Below, one piece after another: positions 63,485-64,000 of a DNA stretch of 64,000 nt (within the stretch, counting starts at the first letter, position 1; each line of letters starts with the position of its first letter). Source of the DNA: Gammaproteobacteria bacterium (GTDB lineage Bacteria > Pseudomonadota > Gammaproteobacteria > SZUA-229); contig JAOULC010000016.1 of assembly GCA_029882215.1 (NCBI GenBank), forward strand, positions 990 through 64,989. The letters run 5' to 3'. A program made the translations under genes and the position numbers. The notes under the pieces were generated by a model. That model did not search any database, was not told the DNA's origin, and saw only the letters and a list, made by a program, of their open reading frames with translations.

Positions 63485-64000
63485 TCAGCTGCTAACGGGC
63501 TCTGCCATTTTTCGCATCTTATTCATCTGCTCTTCACAATATTTTGCGCAGAGCGGTTGCAGCGCATGCGGAAAGCATTCTAGAATAATCTCGAACTCAT
63601 CGGCGACTTCATCAGCCAGTATCACATCTTTGGTCAACTCAGCCATGACACTTTTAGCCGAGAACTTATTTACCCGGCATAGCACCGCATGATGAATGGG
63701 TAACTGCTGCTCCATGCATACGGTCAATGCGGTTTCATATGACCTGATAGCTTCTTCCAGTCGCTCGGGGTTTTCTTCAGACTCAGCCAGGTTATGCAGA
63801 ACTGCACCCCGATTATTGTGGGTGGCGACGAGCTCTAGTGCGTGATTATCTGCATCGAACTCTGCCAGTGCATTTTTAAAAGACACCACCGACTTTTGAA
63901 AAGTACGGTTACCCTGCAGCAGCCTGCCATAAGCATGAAAGGTAGCACCCAACTGCAGCATGGTTAACGCCCATTCTTCCGGTGTTTCTTTGCGAGACCA
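63485..64000 (-). CDS. TPR-like repeat protein (5' end beyond the window)
   Basis: Frame stays open to the window edge (WSRKETPEEWALT-MLQLG...); repeats PEEWALT...LG, ATHNNRGAVL, EEAIRSYETAL. Confidence 0.75.
   Translation of the reverse strand, partial: WSRKETPEEWALTMLQLGATFHAYGRLLQGNRTFQKSVVSFKNALAEFDADNHALELVATHNNRGAVLHNLAESEENPERLEEAIRSYETALTVCMEQQLPIHHAVLCRVNKFSAKSVMAELTKDVILADEVADEFEIILECFPHALQPLCAKYCEEQMNKMRKMAEPVSS

Overview
Core-chromosome segment of a Gammaproteobacterium (roughly mid-40s % GC by eye), most likely a sulfur-oxidising chemolithotroph. Housekeeping genes: gor, ubiA, pyrE, argB-algC-dut-coaBC/radC, bioB-bioF/comF, xth-ampG, hemW, rpmE, malic enzyme-mdh, rluE, modABC, three-subunit pnt transhydrogenase and hemH. 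Signalling genes: two orphan histidine kinases, a REC-REC-GGDEF cyclase, an HD-GYP protein, an HDOD protein and two PilZ proteins. The right end holds a pyrophosphate/adenylate energy cluster: PPi-type phosphofructokinase, adk, a K+-independent H+-PPase, dissimilatory-type sat and a GalT-family APS:phosphate adenylyltransferase candidate. No rRNA, tRNA, CRISPR array, integrase or transposase was recognised. The most unusual signals are: (i) two unannotated structured, terminator-ended RNA-like elements flanking pfp, one ending just before the adk ribosome-binding site; (ii) an overlapping pair encoding a secreted M15-like Zn peptidase and a membrane-anchored helical partner; (iii) an orphan Trp-rich gene followed by an ABC1 kinase with an unusual C-terminal domain and two PilZ genes; (iv) an HTH-less, Cys-rich S24 domain whose catalytic Lys appears replaced by Arg; (v) heptamer tandem repeats and a strongly signalled 52-aa ORF. 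All family calls come from motif recognition by eye; no database searches were run.
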